Translations under genes and position numbers: made by a program
Shown: positions 52,201-63,812 of the stretch, one piece after another
Numbering within the stretch: the first letter of the stretch is position 1
Layout of the letters: every line of letters begins with the position of its first letter
Source: Callorhinchus milii
Lineage: Eukaryota
NCBI RefSeq assembly: GCF_018977255.1
Contig: NW_024704842.1
Location: forward strand, 62,001 to 126,000
Direction of reading: 5' to 3'
DNA length: 64,000 bases
The notes under the pieces: model-generated
Databases searched by the model: none
Told to the model about the DNA's origin: nothing
What the model saw: the letters and a program-made list of their open reading frames with translations, nothing else

Positions 52201-55200
52201 CTGGCTCATTCTCATCAGGTTGAGGAGCAAATCCGCCACTGGGAGCCGGATTATTTCTACGTTGGCTTTAAAAATACAAGTCAGCGTGAGCATCTTGTTC
52301 GTATGCTGCGGGACAAGAAGGGATAGTCTACACGATCGTGGTCAATGTGTGAGGTAGTCGGGTAAGTAACAGCTGTTGTGCAAGAGCAAGATCTGGGGTC
52401 CGCCCAAACTTGTCGCACGGCAAAACACACCGCGAAGTGACGGATATCAGGTCATCAGTGGCGCTTTCCTCTGGTGATAGCAGAGAGAGTTTACAGCCCA
52501 GATATGCTGTGCAGGGATGGCTCGGGAGTTTGGGTTTGGAAACTTTTTTATCGCGGGGATGGTTGCAGCCTGGTTCAAGCAATCCAACTGAGAGCAGGAG
52601 ATAACGTGGACTTATGATCGGTGATATAAAGAGTGACTGGAACAGAAGCTGCTGTAAAAGGTCAGCAGACAAATAGATTCCTGTGTGAGATTATAACCAA
52701 ATCTTACCGCGCACAGTGATTCCCACTCGCTCGCTCGCTATTGATGTAAACACTCGTCCGTCTATTTGTGTAGTATATTTACACGTGTAGTTTGCTGCAC
52801 TGATCTCCGATAGGATGAATGTTGCCGTGTTGTTATTCTCTGGAGCTGCTTGTGATATGATAAACGCATCATCTCTGTACAGAGAGAAATTGCTGCCAGG
52901 ATAATTCCCAGAACATGAGATCTCAGCGCTTTCCCCTCTCACAAACACCCGGGAATCTGGCTCCAGCGAAATTTTGGCTTTCTGGTGCGGATCTGGAATT
53001 CAAACACAGTGAAGACCATCTCACAAACATTCGCTCTGTGTATAGACACGGCACAGGTAATAGCAAAAAGGACCATTTGCTTCTTCCCAGCGTGGTGAAG
53101 GTGTCTGGAAGAGGTGAAGGTTTTGAGGGGCAGTTTCAGGGCAAACTCCAGCAAGTGTTTCTTTACACAGAGGGAGGGGGCACAACGACTGACATCGGAG
53201 TGGCCACGGAGGGCAGTGAGGCCGGGCAACTAAGTAACAGCTCCAGCATGAGACGGGAGAACGGAAATTTAATCTGGACAGCTCGTGTGATTTTCAGCCG
53301 TGTTTTAAACAACAGCGTAGGATGTCAACCAACGGATCAAACTTAATCCTGGAGCATCGACTTCACACAGAGGGAAGTGGCATTGTGGAACTCGCTAACT
53401 GAAGCAAGGATTAAATCAGACAGTCTAGATACATTCCAGACCTAATCACACCTCCACATGATGAGAGGAACATAAGGGATTTTGAAGGCAGTGGGTGTGT
53501 GCGATGCAATGAGCGACAGGGGAATAGAAGGCTTTGGAAGGTATCGAGAGTTTGGGGAGAGTAAAAGACGTTGTGGGAGTAACATAGTTTGTGGAAGGCA
53601 ATGAGTTTGTGCGAGGGAATCAGGGTTTGGGAGCGAGGGTGGAAAAGAGGTTGAGGGAGGCAGCGAATGTGAGGAAGTTTGTGTGTTGTTGGAAGTGAGG
53701 GAGTCAATTTGATGGAGGAAGGGAGCAATGCAGATAATCTCGTGTAAAGAGGGTGTAAAATAAGATATCTGTTTGGGGAGGACAATTATCCAGGGCTGTA
53801 GCGAGAGAGTTGGGGATTGGGATTTAATCGGCTAGCTGCTTCAGAAGAGCTGGTATAGGGACGATTGAGAAAAATTGCATCCTTCGGTGCTGTATGATTC
53901 CATGATTAAATAAAGTAAGTGAGGTAGGGGCAGAGGCGTGATATGATCGCAGTGAATGGATACTAGGAGACAGTGACTGCACATTGATCAGAGAATTCAA
54001 GATCTCGCTCTTACCCCACAAAGAGATTCCCACTCGTTCGCTCTCTGGTGATGTGAGCTCGCGTGCGACTATATGTTTAGCGTATTTACACGAATAATTC
54101 CCTGCACTGATCTCCGATGGGGCGAATGTTGCCGTGTTGTTTTTCTCAGGAGCCCACTGTGATGAGATCAACTTCCCTTCTCTGTATAAAGAGAAATTAC
54201 TGCCTGGATAATTTCCAGAACATGAGATCTCAGCGCTTTCCCCTCTCACAAACACCCGTGAATCTGGCTTCAGGGAAATGGTGGGTTTCTGGAGCGGTTC
54301 TGGAATTAAAGTAAATATAATCTCACAAACACTCACTTCGTAACATGAAAACAGTTCAGTTCAGACGAAAACTGTCTATTTGCTTATTTCTCAGCCTGAA
54401 GGAATCACCATGAAGACTGGGAGAGGCAAGGGTTAAGCGACAGTTTCAGGACAGGCCCGAGCATATGTTTCTTTAAACCTAGGGAGGGGTCAACGGCTGG
54501 CACAGGGGTGGCCATGGAGGGCAGTGAGGCCGTGGCCTGATGAACCACAAAGTTATAGCCAGGGACGTGTGACCGGGAATACAGACAAAAACTCTCAACT
54601 GACCTTCACACGTATTTAAATAACAGGATACGATCACATTCAGGGGATCAAACAGAAAATGTAGGAGCGACGACTTCACGCAGTGGAGTGAGATGGTGGG
54701 AATGATTGACTGAAGCGGGATTGGAATCAGACAGTATAAACACATTCAAGAGGCAGCAAGACTTTCATAGAAGGGAGAGGAGATTAAAAGGTGTGGGAGG
54801 GAGTGAGGCTGTGGGAGAGATTCAGTGTTTGGGAGGAATAGAGGGTGGGGATGGAAGGAATAGAATGTACGTGCGGATGAGGAATAGACGTAATGAAGGG
54901 TTGTGGAATAGGAAGTGTGAAATGAATTAAGGGGGAAAGTGAGGAATTGAAGGAGACTTGTGTCATTGAGCGTTTGGTACATGTGTTAGGATGGGTTGGG
55001 TTGCGGGATGGGGGACAGTAGTAGTTGGAGGGTGGATCTGTGATCAAGGCTACTATAAACCAGCGGCAACGAACGGCCATTTAACAGATTCGTGAGAGAA
55101 ACACAAACAGGTTATTATGTAAAATCTTACTCAGATCTTACCCCACAAATAGATTCCCACTCGTTCGCTCTCTGGGGATGTGAACTTTCGTCCGTCTACA

Positions 55201-58200
55201 TGTGTAGTATATTTACACGTGTAAATTCCTGCACTGAAATCCGATAGGGCGAAATTTGCCGTTTGGATGTTTTCCGGAGCTGTCCGTGATGTGAAAATCT
55301 TGCCGTCTATGTATAAAGAGAATATGCTGCCTGGATAATTCCCAGAACATGAGATCTGAGCGCTTTCCCCTCTCACAAAGAACGGGGAATCTGGCTTCAG
55401 GGAAATGATGGCTTTCTGAAGTGGATCTGAAATTAAAACACAGTAAAGATAATCTCACAAACACTCACTCTGATCTGATCTGTGACAGTGAAGATCAGTG
55501 TCGACAATAAGCCCAGCCTCACCCTCTGAGACTGTTTCTCTCTGAGGTTTAATACGAGGCAGAAATGTGGGTGGTTCCGACTACGTGTCTTGATTTGACG
55601 CTGCAATTCTTCCGTATTGAATTTTTTTTTGATGTTTGGGTATGTCTTTCTGTGAGCGAAGAGTCAGTGTTAGCTCGGAGTCAGTGTGAGCTCTGGATCA
55701 GTGTGAGCTCGCGATCAGTGTGAGCTCGGGGTCAGTGTGAGCTCGGGGTCAGTGTGAGCTCGGGGTCAGTGTGAGCTCGGGAACACTGAAAGCTGGAGTT
55801 GCTTATAGCCTTGACTGCCTGTTCAGGTAGTGGTAACAAATCTCATGACGATATTCAATAACCGAAGGGATTATTTTCCTGTTGCCTTTGCCAACAATCC
55901 CCAAATTAAGTTTGATTGGCCCTACACTCCACCCATATCAATGGCACGTTGTTGCAGTTGTGGTCTATACCTGAACAGAATATGCCACCGTCCTGTCCGT
56001 GTCCGCAGTCAGGCCGACCAACCACAGGCCCCGATCCTTCTCCAAAGCGAGCGTCACTTGAGACTGATACAGCAAATCCACACCCCAAATATTTACAAAT
56101 ATATCCTGCCATCTCCATGTTCAGCGTCTCGCCACAAACTGTTCTCCAAGTGTCATAGTTGTACAGCTCAACTCTCCCCACACACCGGCTGTCTCCATTC
56201 ACCAGTTTGGGTGGGTTACCTCCTGCCAAGTACATACAATACAATATCCACAGCAACAACTTCAAGCGTATGTGCAATTAACACAATCTGTACCATCACA
56301 AACAGCGGACGTGTGACCCTGGGTTAGCAGAGATGGTGTGACACACGTATAGCAGAGGAGGTGGGAACCTGGGATAGTAGATGCTGTGTGACAATGGGTT
56401 AGCCGAGGATGTGTCACATTGGGTTAGGAGGGAAGCTGTGACACGGGGTAAGCCTGAGAATACATTGGAATATACACCAGAGAAACATTCGGCCCAACTG
56501 GTCTATGACGTTAATCACTCCCTGATTTCAGTTTTCCGNTTTTTCTCCTCGCCCTGCGAATACCTCGCGTTTTAATACCACCCCACTTGTGCTCAATCCC
56601 CTGCGCTCTCTCCCTTTGCTGATCTCCCTTTGGCTCAACACACTTGTACTCAACAACCTCGTGCTCTTACACAACTTGCTCTTACCCACCTGTCCTCAAC
56701 CCCACTGTGCCTACCGTTCCTGTTTACATACTCTCTGCTCACCCTCCTGTGAAAACCGCCCCGTAAACATCCCTTTGATTACCCCGCCCCCCGCCCATGT
56801 GTGATAACTTCCCTACTCCACAATGTGCGGAATCCCATCTGCTCATTCACACTTTACCCACTATCGCCAGTACACTGACCTCCTATGCTCAACTCCCACG
56901 CCCCACCCCCACCCCACCCTGTGCCACTCCTGGTTCTGCCCCCTGTCTTCTGCCCCAGTGTTCACCAATGCGCTCATCCCATGCTCAAATTAACTTCCTC
57001 AAACCGCTGTGATCACTCCCAATGCATCCCGCTCCCCGGTGCTCTGCATATACCCCAGTGTTCATACCCTGTGCACAGCCCCAGTATACTCACCTCCCTC
57101 TCTACTCATCGCCTGTACTCACTTTTCTTCAGCTCCTCTCTCCCTCTGTTCACCCTGCAATACTCTCCCCCTCCCCTGTTCATACACAGCCTGTGCTCTG
57201 TCTTCTTGTGATGACTGAAATATTTACCTGAACAGATGACGCCGGCATCATAGGAGTGTAGCCAGGAATAGCCACCACCCCAGGGCTGTGACCGACAACC
57301 CCTCAGTGTAGACTCACTCCCTCTGCACCGGACACTCCACGTCACAACGGGACCTGAGCCTTCGCCAAAGTGAGCGTCTCCTGATGCTGACAGCGCGGCT
57401 CCACAGCCCAACTCCTTACACACCACAGCCGCGTCCAACATATCCCAACCATAGCCATCCACTGTGCCCCACTGTCCATCGTGGTAAACCTCCACTCTCC
57501 CGGCACACGGGCTACCGCCATTCACCAGCCTCAAACGATCTGCCAAAAGGAAATAAAATCTGCCACACAATCACTGTAAGACATCACGCAGAATATTGAG
57601 CGTAATCCAAGATAATACTTTACAAGGTGCATGTCGCATTGCGAGGGTCTCTGGACGGTAAACAATACAACAGCAATAATAATCATTATAATGGTTTCAA
57701 TGATTGTTGGCTGCATACAGTCCAAAACCCGGGTATCATCAATAATATTAACAATTCATTCCGCCGCTAGATATACCCGTTGCAGCTGCCTTTGGAACAG
57801 AAGGATAGAGCTTTTATATTATTATACTAAATATTATATCATTGTACTTTATATAAGATTAATATAATTTATATAAAGATAGGAGATTCCCCCAAAATAT
57901 GGCAGTGGTTTATTGCTTTGTTACAGAATACATTAATGCGCATGTGTTACTGAAAGAATAGTGTGTGATTTTCTCTGTCGCTAATTCATTGCGGAATATT
58001 ATCCACACATCACATTTTGGGGCTTCATTAAATTTATTTTAAGTCTAGCTCATCAAGGATAGGCATTGCTCTGGAGTACGTCCACGACTCTAAAACAACA
58101 AGATCTTCCCGAAGAGGTAAAATCGTTCTACATCAATTGTATATTGCGCTCTGGCAGATACAAAGATGCAGATATTGTTGTTTTATTATTGCATTAGTAG

Positions 58201-61200
58201 CTCGCTTTTTGTTGTTTGAATATATGTGTGTGTGTATGGGGGTGTGGGGGAGTCGCGGACTCATACAATGCACCATCACACACAACACGAACGAACCCAG
58301 GCACAGACACTAGCACAACCCCAACTCCGGCCAAAGCACCTCGCCCCGAGGACACAGCCCTCACCCACAGCGCCAGAGCACAGCCACACCCCAAGGCACA
58401 GACTCCACCGACAGTGCACAGTCGCAACAATACAAAACAGAAGACATCCCCTATGGCACAGCAACCGTCCACAGGGAATAATCAAACCCCCAGGTTACAC
58501 AGACCCCACACAAGGAAGCCCCACCCCAGGTAAAGGCAGATCCAGACAAAGACCGCTCTCCCTGGTACAAACCCCTCCCAGGTAACAGCAACTACTCCCA
58601 CCTCCGATAGCTGCCTCTCAGGCTCATCGGTGCGCTGCTTCGGCACAGTGCTCTCTTGCCCTGCCCTACCAACGAGGGCACAGCTTCCCCACTAGGTACA
58701 GCGAACTTCAAACCCTGCAGAAACCCCACACCTGCCCCCCGGTAGAGCCCTCACTGCCAAAACAAACCCAGGGTCCACCGACCACTTCCCACTGTACAGG
58801 CCCCACCACAGGCTCATCTCTTGACCCAGGTCACAAGCCCCACAATGTCACAGCCCCACAGGATCAGCCACCCACCCACGGTACAGAGACGCCTCAGAGG
58901 ACAGTCCCTCCACAGAGCACCCAACCCGACACAGCGCGATGGATGGACAGCCGAACTCCAAACGTACAGCACCCTACCAGTCACAGTCCATTCCCAGGGC
59001 ACAGTCCCCAACTGTCACAACCCCATTCCGACACAGGCATCTCCCGGAAACAGCTGCTGCCCCAGAGCACAGCTGCCATCCAAGGTACAGCCTCCCCAAC
59101 GTGCACAGCCTCCTCCAGGGCAAAAGCCCTCCACGCCGTTTTGCTCAAACCCCTTGTATCCTTACTCATCCTGTGTACAACAACCCTTTGCTCACCCAAC
59201 CTGTATACACACCCATCGGTTTACACATTTGTGTTCCCATCCATACTCACCCCATAATCCCCGCGTATGCACAAACCCCAGGTGCTCCCCGCCTATTCGT
59301 ACCACCCCCGCGCTCCCCATGTTCTTTATCCAAAAATTTGCTCGTGATCCACTGTGCTCTTCACTCTGGTTGTCATCCTCTACTTGTGCTCACCATCTAT
59401 TATTACGCCCTGGGCTAATCATGTGCGCTCCCTTCCTCTGATCCTCCCATTCTGATACCTCCATGTGCTCCCCGATGTGCTCAGACCCCTGAGCTCAAAA
59501 CCTCGGTGCTCAACACCTCTGGCCAAATTCTCCCAATATGCTATCCCCAGAAAAGCGTCCATTTTACACCCCGTGTTTAACCAAACCAGAGTGATCACCA
59601 CCTTCGCTGTGCTCATCCACTCCTCTGCTCAGCTCACGATACTCACATCGTCGTCCTAAACCCCCTTGTTTTCCTCACGTGCTAAACCCAAATCATTCTC
59701 ATCCCGTGTGCTTAACCCCCCTTTGCTCGACACACCTGTTCTTAACGCGTGTGTTACCCTTCATTGCTCAGCCCTTTGTGCTCACTCATACTCCACTCAA
59801 CCCTCCGTACTCACCCCTTGTGCTCATCCCCGCACGTGCTTACACCATTTGCTCACCCCTTTTGCTCCACCCCTATAATGTCCACTGTGCTTACCGACCC
59901 TGTGTTCAACCAAATCCTGTACTCAAATCCCCGGTGTTTACCTCTACTGTGCTCATTACAAGCCCCGTGGTCACCACCGGGCCCAACGCTCATCCACCGT
60001 ATGCTAATCCCTCCTCTATGCTCACTCCTACTGTACTCAGCCCATTGTTTTCTAACCCCTTGTTGCCCCCCTTTGTGCTAACTACGTCCCAACTGTTCTC
60101 ACCTAACTCCGAGCGCTCAATGCTCCCTGTGCTGACCCCAAATATGTTCAACTCCTATGCTACACCTCCATCTACTTAGTCCCTGTGCTCACCCACCCTG
60201 CACCCTCCCCCTTAAACTCTGCCCCTTGTAGTCGTCCCCTGTGCTCAGCCGCCTGTGCTCAACACTGCCCACAACCAGTGCTCACCCCACCAAACGAACC
60301 ACTCGGAAAACGAACTGATGATGATCGACAGATTTGTTTAACTAAGCAGATGACGCAGACAACATAAGTGTGCGACCCGCATTTATGTCCCTAGGGCAAT
60401 GAGCGTGAATCCACTCCTTCCCACCAACCTCTCCACACCAGATTTAATAATAATACACTGACATATTGCGGGTTACAAACTTTTACCAGAATCTCCCTAA
60501 TTCTAATTCCTATTGAGACATTGAAAAATCATCAGACAATGAATTAATTACCTGAGCAGATGACGCCAGCATCAGAGGAGTGTGACGAATAATAGTGACG
60601 CCAGTTCTCTGAGGAACAATATCTTAGAGCATACTCACTCCCTTTGCACCGAACATTATACGTTATTATGTGACCAGAGCCCATCCCAAAGTGAGCGTCT
60701 CCTGAGGCTGACAGCGCGGCTCCACAGCCCAACTCCTTACACACCACAGCCGCGTCCAGCATATCCCAACCAGAGTCACCAGAGCCATAGCCATCCACTG
60801 TGCCCCACTGTCCATCGTGATGAACCTCCACTGTCCCGGCACATCGGCTGCCGCCATTCACCAGCCTCACACTCCCTGTAAAACACCAGACGCAACATTG
60901 AGAGTCCGTTTCGTCTTTGACTTCCAGTCACTCAGGATAATACAATATGATGAACATGTACAGAAAATCTGTCACATTGGGAGGATGTTTGGCGTTAAAA
61001 AAATACAACAACAATAATAATCATTCTACTGGTTGCAGTGTTTGCTGGCTGTACACGACCCAGGTGTCACCATAAGAGTAACAGGTTATTGGAGTACCAG
61101 CTTTACATGTTGCAGCTCCGTTTGCAGATAAAGGATAGTGATATTATACTTTATATTATTATGCTCTACATTACTATACTGATATTCGATTATTTTACAT

Positions 61201-63812
61201 CATACTGGACTGTTATACTTTATATTATACTATTCTAGTTGATATTAGAATACTATACTCTATGTTAGATTCTTAAACTTTGTATTTATATTTACGGTCA
61301 GGACACAATTTTACACAAGTTTCCTCTATCCACATGTTTCTGTTTATCTAGCAGTCAGTGGTAACCCAGCAGTCAATTGGCGTTTCTTTTCTTGGGATAA
61401 CAATCCCTTAAAAAAAATGTAATTTGGTCACTCAATCCATGAATCTTTGTGAGACACCACTGTGTGCGATTGGCTGCCGTATATCTTCAGCAAAGCAAGC
61501 AGCTGTTTCATATGGCAGTATATTCTGTGAAGCCTTTTGGGACCCGATAAGGCTCTTAAACAAATCCAAGGATTATTATTATTATTATCATAGTTTATAT
61601 TAGATCACTACAATTCGTACTTCATTATTAAACGTTGTATTATATATTTTATTCTTCTACTTTATATACGATAGGAGATTACACCCAAAATATGGCCATG
61701 GTTTACTGCTTTGTTACAGTGTACATTAGTGTAGATCCCTCAGAGCAGACTCGCTCCCTCTGTACTGAACACCATACTTCAGAATGAAGTTTGGTCGATT
61801 TGGAAGGTATTCAAAAGCTAACTGAACATGGAGAAGGAATGGGCAAGGCACAGGGATTGAGGAGCAGTAATAATATTCCCACAGCAACATTTGATTGTTA
61901 GATTGTGTCACTAACCTGCAGATTCCACAGACTTTCTCTCCAGTAGTATTACTGTACACGGGAAAGAAAGATCAAGGCAGGAATTATTAATAAAATAATT
62001 CACCGAAAAATCTGCCGTCACATAATCGTTCCTTGACTACAGGCAGCCACTCAAGTTCGCCGTCAAAAAGATCATGAGTAGGTTAGCGAACACCAGCGCA
62101 AATACAATCGGGAAAAAGCGGACAGGGATTGGGATTATTGTAGAGCGCTCCAGTGGGGGAGCGAACACCATCACAGACACCATGGGGAGAGCGCACAATA
62201 GGACTGAACAAAGATAACTTTCACAGACTGACAAGCACACGGTTGGGCTGAACGGCATTTTCTGCGAAAGAAAAAAACAGAAATTACTGGAGATGCTGGA
62301 TATCAGACAACAAAAACAAAAGTCGTTGGGCACATTCAGCAGTTGAGGCAGCAGATCTAACGAGCGGTCGTGGAAACGAAACGTTGACTCTCTTTCCTTT
62401 CTCCTTAGATGTTGCCTGACATGCTGAGTGTTCCCAGAGACTTCTGATAATTATTTTCTGAGCAAGGGCCGTTTGTGTTTCTGTTTCTCTTTCGAGGCTT
62501 GGGGAAGAAGCGATTTGCTGACCACTCGCAACCTGAGAAATTTATGTTTAACAGACTGAGCAGATTGTGTCTCTCTTTCTGTATGAAGTGTGCTTACTGG
62601 CTGTTATTTTTCCTGGTAGCTTCTGTCTCGTTACCCAAAAATAACAACCTGCATTTTGACGACTTGCATTTATACTGCAATAAATCTACTTTAATGAGGG
62701 TAAGCATAGAAATGACTTTCTCTCCTCACTGTCCCCTTTCTCCTTTCTCTGCTTTTGCACTCGACCTTCCCGCCTCTCCAAAACCAACAAAAAATTAAGG
62801 ATCACTAAGGTGATCGAACGCACGGTCAAAGGGAAGAGTGTTCAGATTTATCTTGAAGGAAGCAAGGAAAGGGTGAGGTAGGTGGACTGCAGAATGTAGT
62901 CCTAATGGGTGGGTAGAGATTGGCTAAATGATCGCCCGTAAATGGTGGGGCTGTGAGGTGGGAGACATGAATCAGGCTGGAGTCCGCTGAGCTGAGGGAG
63001 CGGGTAGATTGGTAAGGCGTAGGAGGTCGCAGATGTAGGGGTGTGTGAGGACATGGAGGGCTTTCAATGTGAGTAACATTATCTTGAACTGTATCCAAGG
63101 ATGGGGATGATATGGTCACAGAGACTGGTGGAGGAGATGACACTAGCTGCAGGTTTCTGGGTGATCTGCAGTCGATAGAGGGAGTATTTAGGCAGACGGA
63201 CAAGCAGTGGGTTTGCGCACAGAATCCTGGATCTCATAAAAGAATGTTATAAAAGCATGTATAAGTGTTCCGGCAGCCTGCGGTGTGAGACATTGGTGGA
63301 CACCGTTAATGTTGCGGGAATGGGGGAAGATAGAGCGGGTTATGACACGAGTTTGGGATACATAGGATAGTTGAGGATCAAAAAAGACGCCTTTCACTCC
63401 TCCCTCTTTTCCAACTCTCTGGATGGCACAACTCTCCGAATGGGTTGTAATCATAAATAATAATTCTTGCATTTGATATAGCGCTTTTCATGTCTTCGAG
63501 ACATGTCTAATTAGAATTCACCGTATATTTGTGGGCGAAGTGCGGTTGGCAATTGCACATAGCAGTGTCCTACAAACTGTCGGTGATTGAAAATGAGCAA
63601 TACAGCATTGTTTTGTTTAGGAGCGGTTATTATGAGGAGTATAGAGTAGAAATTGCCCAAGGGTTCGCCCTGCCTGGAAAAGGAAAAAAGTGTCTCGCTT
63701 GCAAGGCGATTGCTCTAACCACAGAGCTACAGAACCCCACTTTACGGTACATTCCCACAAATATTCGTGGATTGAAACGGTACTCACCGAAAATAAGAAA
63801 CAATGATTCCAT
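47321..63812 (-). CDS. 13-exon type I membrane receptor gene, SRCR x3 - Ig(C2) x3 - TM - ITIM tail (copy B), 706 aa. Exons: 63812-63788, 61951-61916, 60875-60552, 57539-57228, 56222-55971, 55426-55142, 54299-54015, 52992-52708, 51832-51734, 50699-50672, 49925-49882, 48587-48547, 47425-47321
   Basis: All introns are GT-AG and phases join (1-1-1-1-1-1-1-1-1-2-1-0). The exons total 2121 nt = 707 codons with no internal stop. The product reads MESLFLIFVILLERKSVESA / SRCR x3 / Ig x3 / ANWTWKQITGLAAGIVAALMIIVLLLGISEYKKG / ...EPSNVTYATVRKVPRSVPSMNADIIYANL...GPIYATVRV*. Confidence 0.85.
48547..48587 (-). CDS. Receptor copy B, cytoplasmic exon (41 nt, (Y)ATVRKVPRSVPSM)
   Basis: TTCCGTTTGTTTCAG acceptor, GTGAGT donor; phase 1 to 0. 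Confidence 0.75.
49882..49925 (-). CDS. Receptor copy B, cytoplasmic exon (44 nt, NVPTGGGPEPSNVT)
   Basis: TGTTTTTTTTCGCAG acceptor, GTGAGT donor; phase 2 to 1; supplies the first base of the ITIM1 Tyr codon. Confidence 0.75.
50672..50699 (-). CDS. Receptor copy B, cytoplasmic micro-exon (28 nt, GKQKSSSGER)
   Basis: CCCTTTGCAATTACAG acceptor, GTGAGA donor; phase 1 to 2 fits both neighbouring exons. Confidence 0.7.
51734..51832 (-). CDS. Receptor copy B, transmembrane exon (99 nt)
   Basis: CATTTCCCTCTCTAG acceptor; NWTWKQITGLAAGIVAALMIIVLLLGISEYKK with an uncharged 22-aa hydrophobic stretch; donor GTAAGT. Not in the ORF track. Confidence 0.88.
52708..52992 (-). CDS. Receptor copy B, C2-type Ig domain 3 exon (285 nt)
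   Basis: DPHQKAKISLEPDSRVFVRGESAEISCSGNYPGSNFSLYRD...ANYTCKYTT...ASERVGITVR; GT-AG flanks, phase 1-1. Confidence 0.92.
54015..54299 (-). CDS. Receptor copy B, C2-type Ig domain 2 exon (285 nt)
   Basis: EPLQKPTISLKPDSRVFVRGESAEISCSGNYPGSNFSLYREG...GNYSCKY...SPESERVGISLW; GT-AG flanks, phase 1-1. Confidence 0.92.
55142..55426 (-). CDS. Receptor copy B, C2-type Ig domain 1 exon (285 nt)
   Basis: DPLQKAIISLKPDSPFFVRGESAQISCSGNYPGSIFSLY...GIYTCKYTT...SPESERVGIYLW; TTTAATTTCAG acceptor, GTAAGA donor. Confidence 0.92.
55665..55785. repeat. 17-bp tandem repeat TCAGTGTGAGCTCGGGG, about 6-7 units, in the SRCR3-Ig1 intron
   Basis: Direct inspection. Confidence 0.85.
55971..56222 (-). CDS. Receptor copy B, shortened SRCR domain 3 exon (252 nt)
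   Basis: PKLVNGDSRCVGRVELYNYDTWRTVCGE...ICKYLGCG...FGEGSGPVVGRPDCGHGQDGGIFCS; CTTGGCAG acceptor, GTATAG donor, phase 1-1. Confidence 0.88.
57228..57539 (-). CDS. Receptor copy B, SRCR domain 2 exon (312 nt)
   Basis: DRLRLVNGGSPCAGRVEVYHDGQWGTVDGYGWDMLDAAVVCKELGCG...DAGVICS; TTTTGGCAG acceptor, GTAAAT donor. Confidence 0.95.
60552..60875 (-). CDS. Receptor copy B, SRCR domain 1 exon (324 nt)
   Basis: VRLVNGGSRCAGTVEV..GQWGTV..WDMLDAAVVCKELGCG...VRCKGSE..LRYC...DAGVICS; TTTTACAG acceptor, GTAATT donor, phase 1-1. Confidence 0.95.
61916..61951 (-). CDS. Receptor copy B, 36-nt leader mini-exon 2 ((V)ILLERKSVESA)
   Basis: Polypyrimidine acceptor TCTTTCTTTCCCGTGTACAG, donor GTTAGT, phase 1-1; conserved at 3089-3124. 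Confidence 0.75.
63788..63812 (-). CDS. Receptor copy B, leader exon 1 (MESLFLIF)
   Basis: ATGGAATCATTGTTTCTTATTTTCG|GTGAGT, phase 1; conserved in the paralog at 4899-4923. Confidence 0.75.

Noticed and set aside
51897-52672. Several 60-120 aa ORFs between the TM and Ig3 exons
   Set aside because: They are intronic, have no recognisable domain and are not needed for the reading frame; possibly retroelement debris.
57620-57690. MIIIAVVLF.. as signal peptide for SRCR2 (similar text near 2195 and 61025)
   Set aside because: It derives from (ATT)n SINE-tail sequence and has no phase-1 donor.
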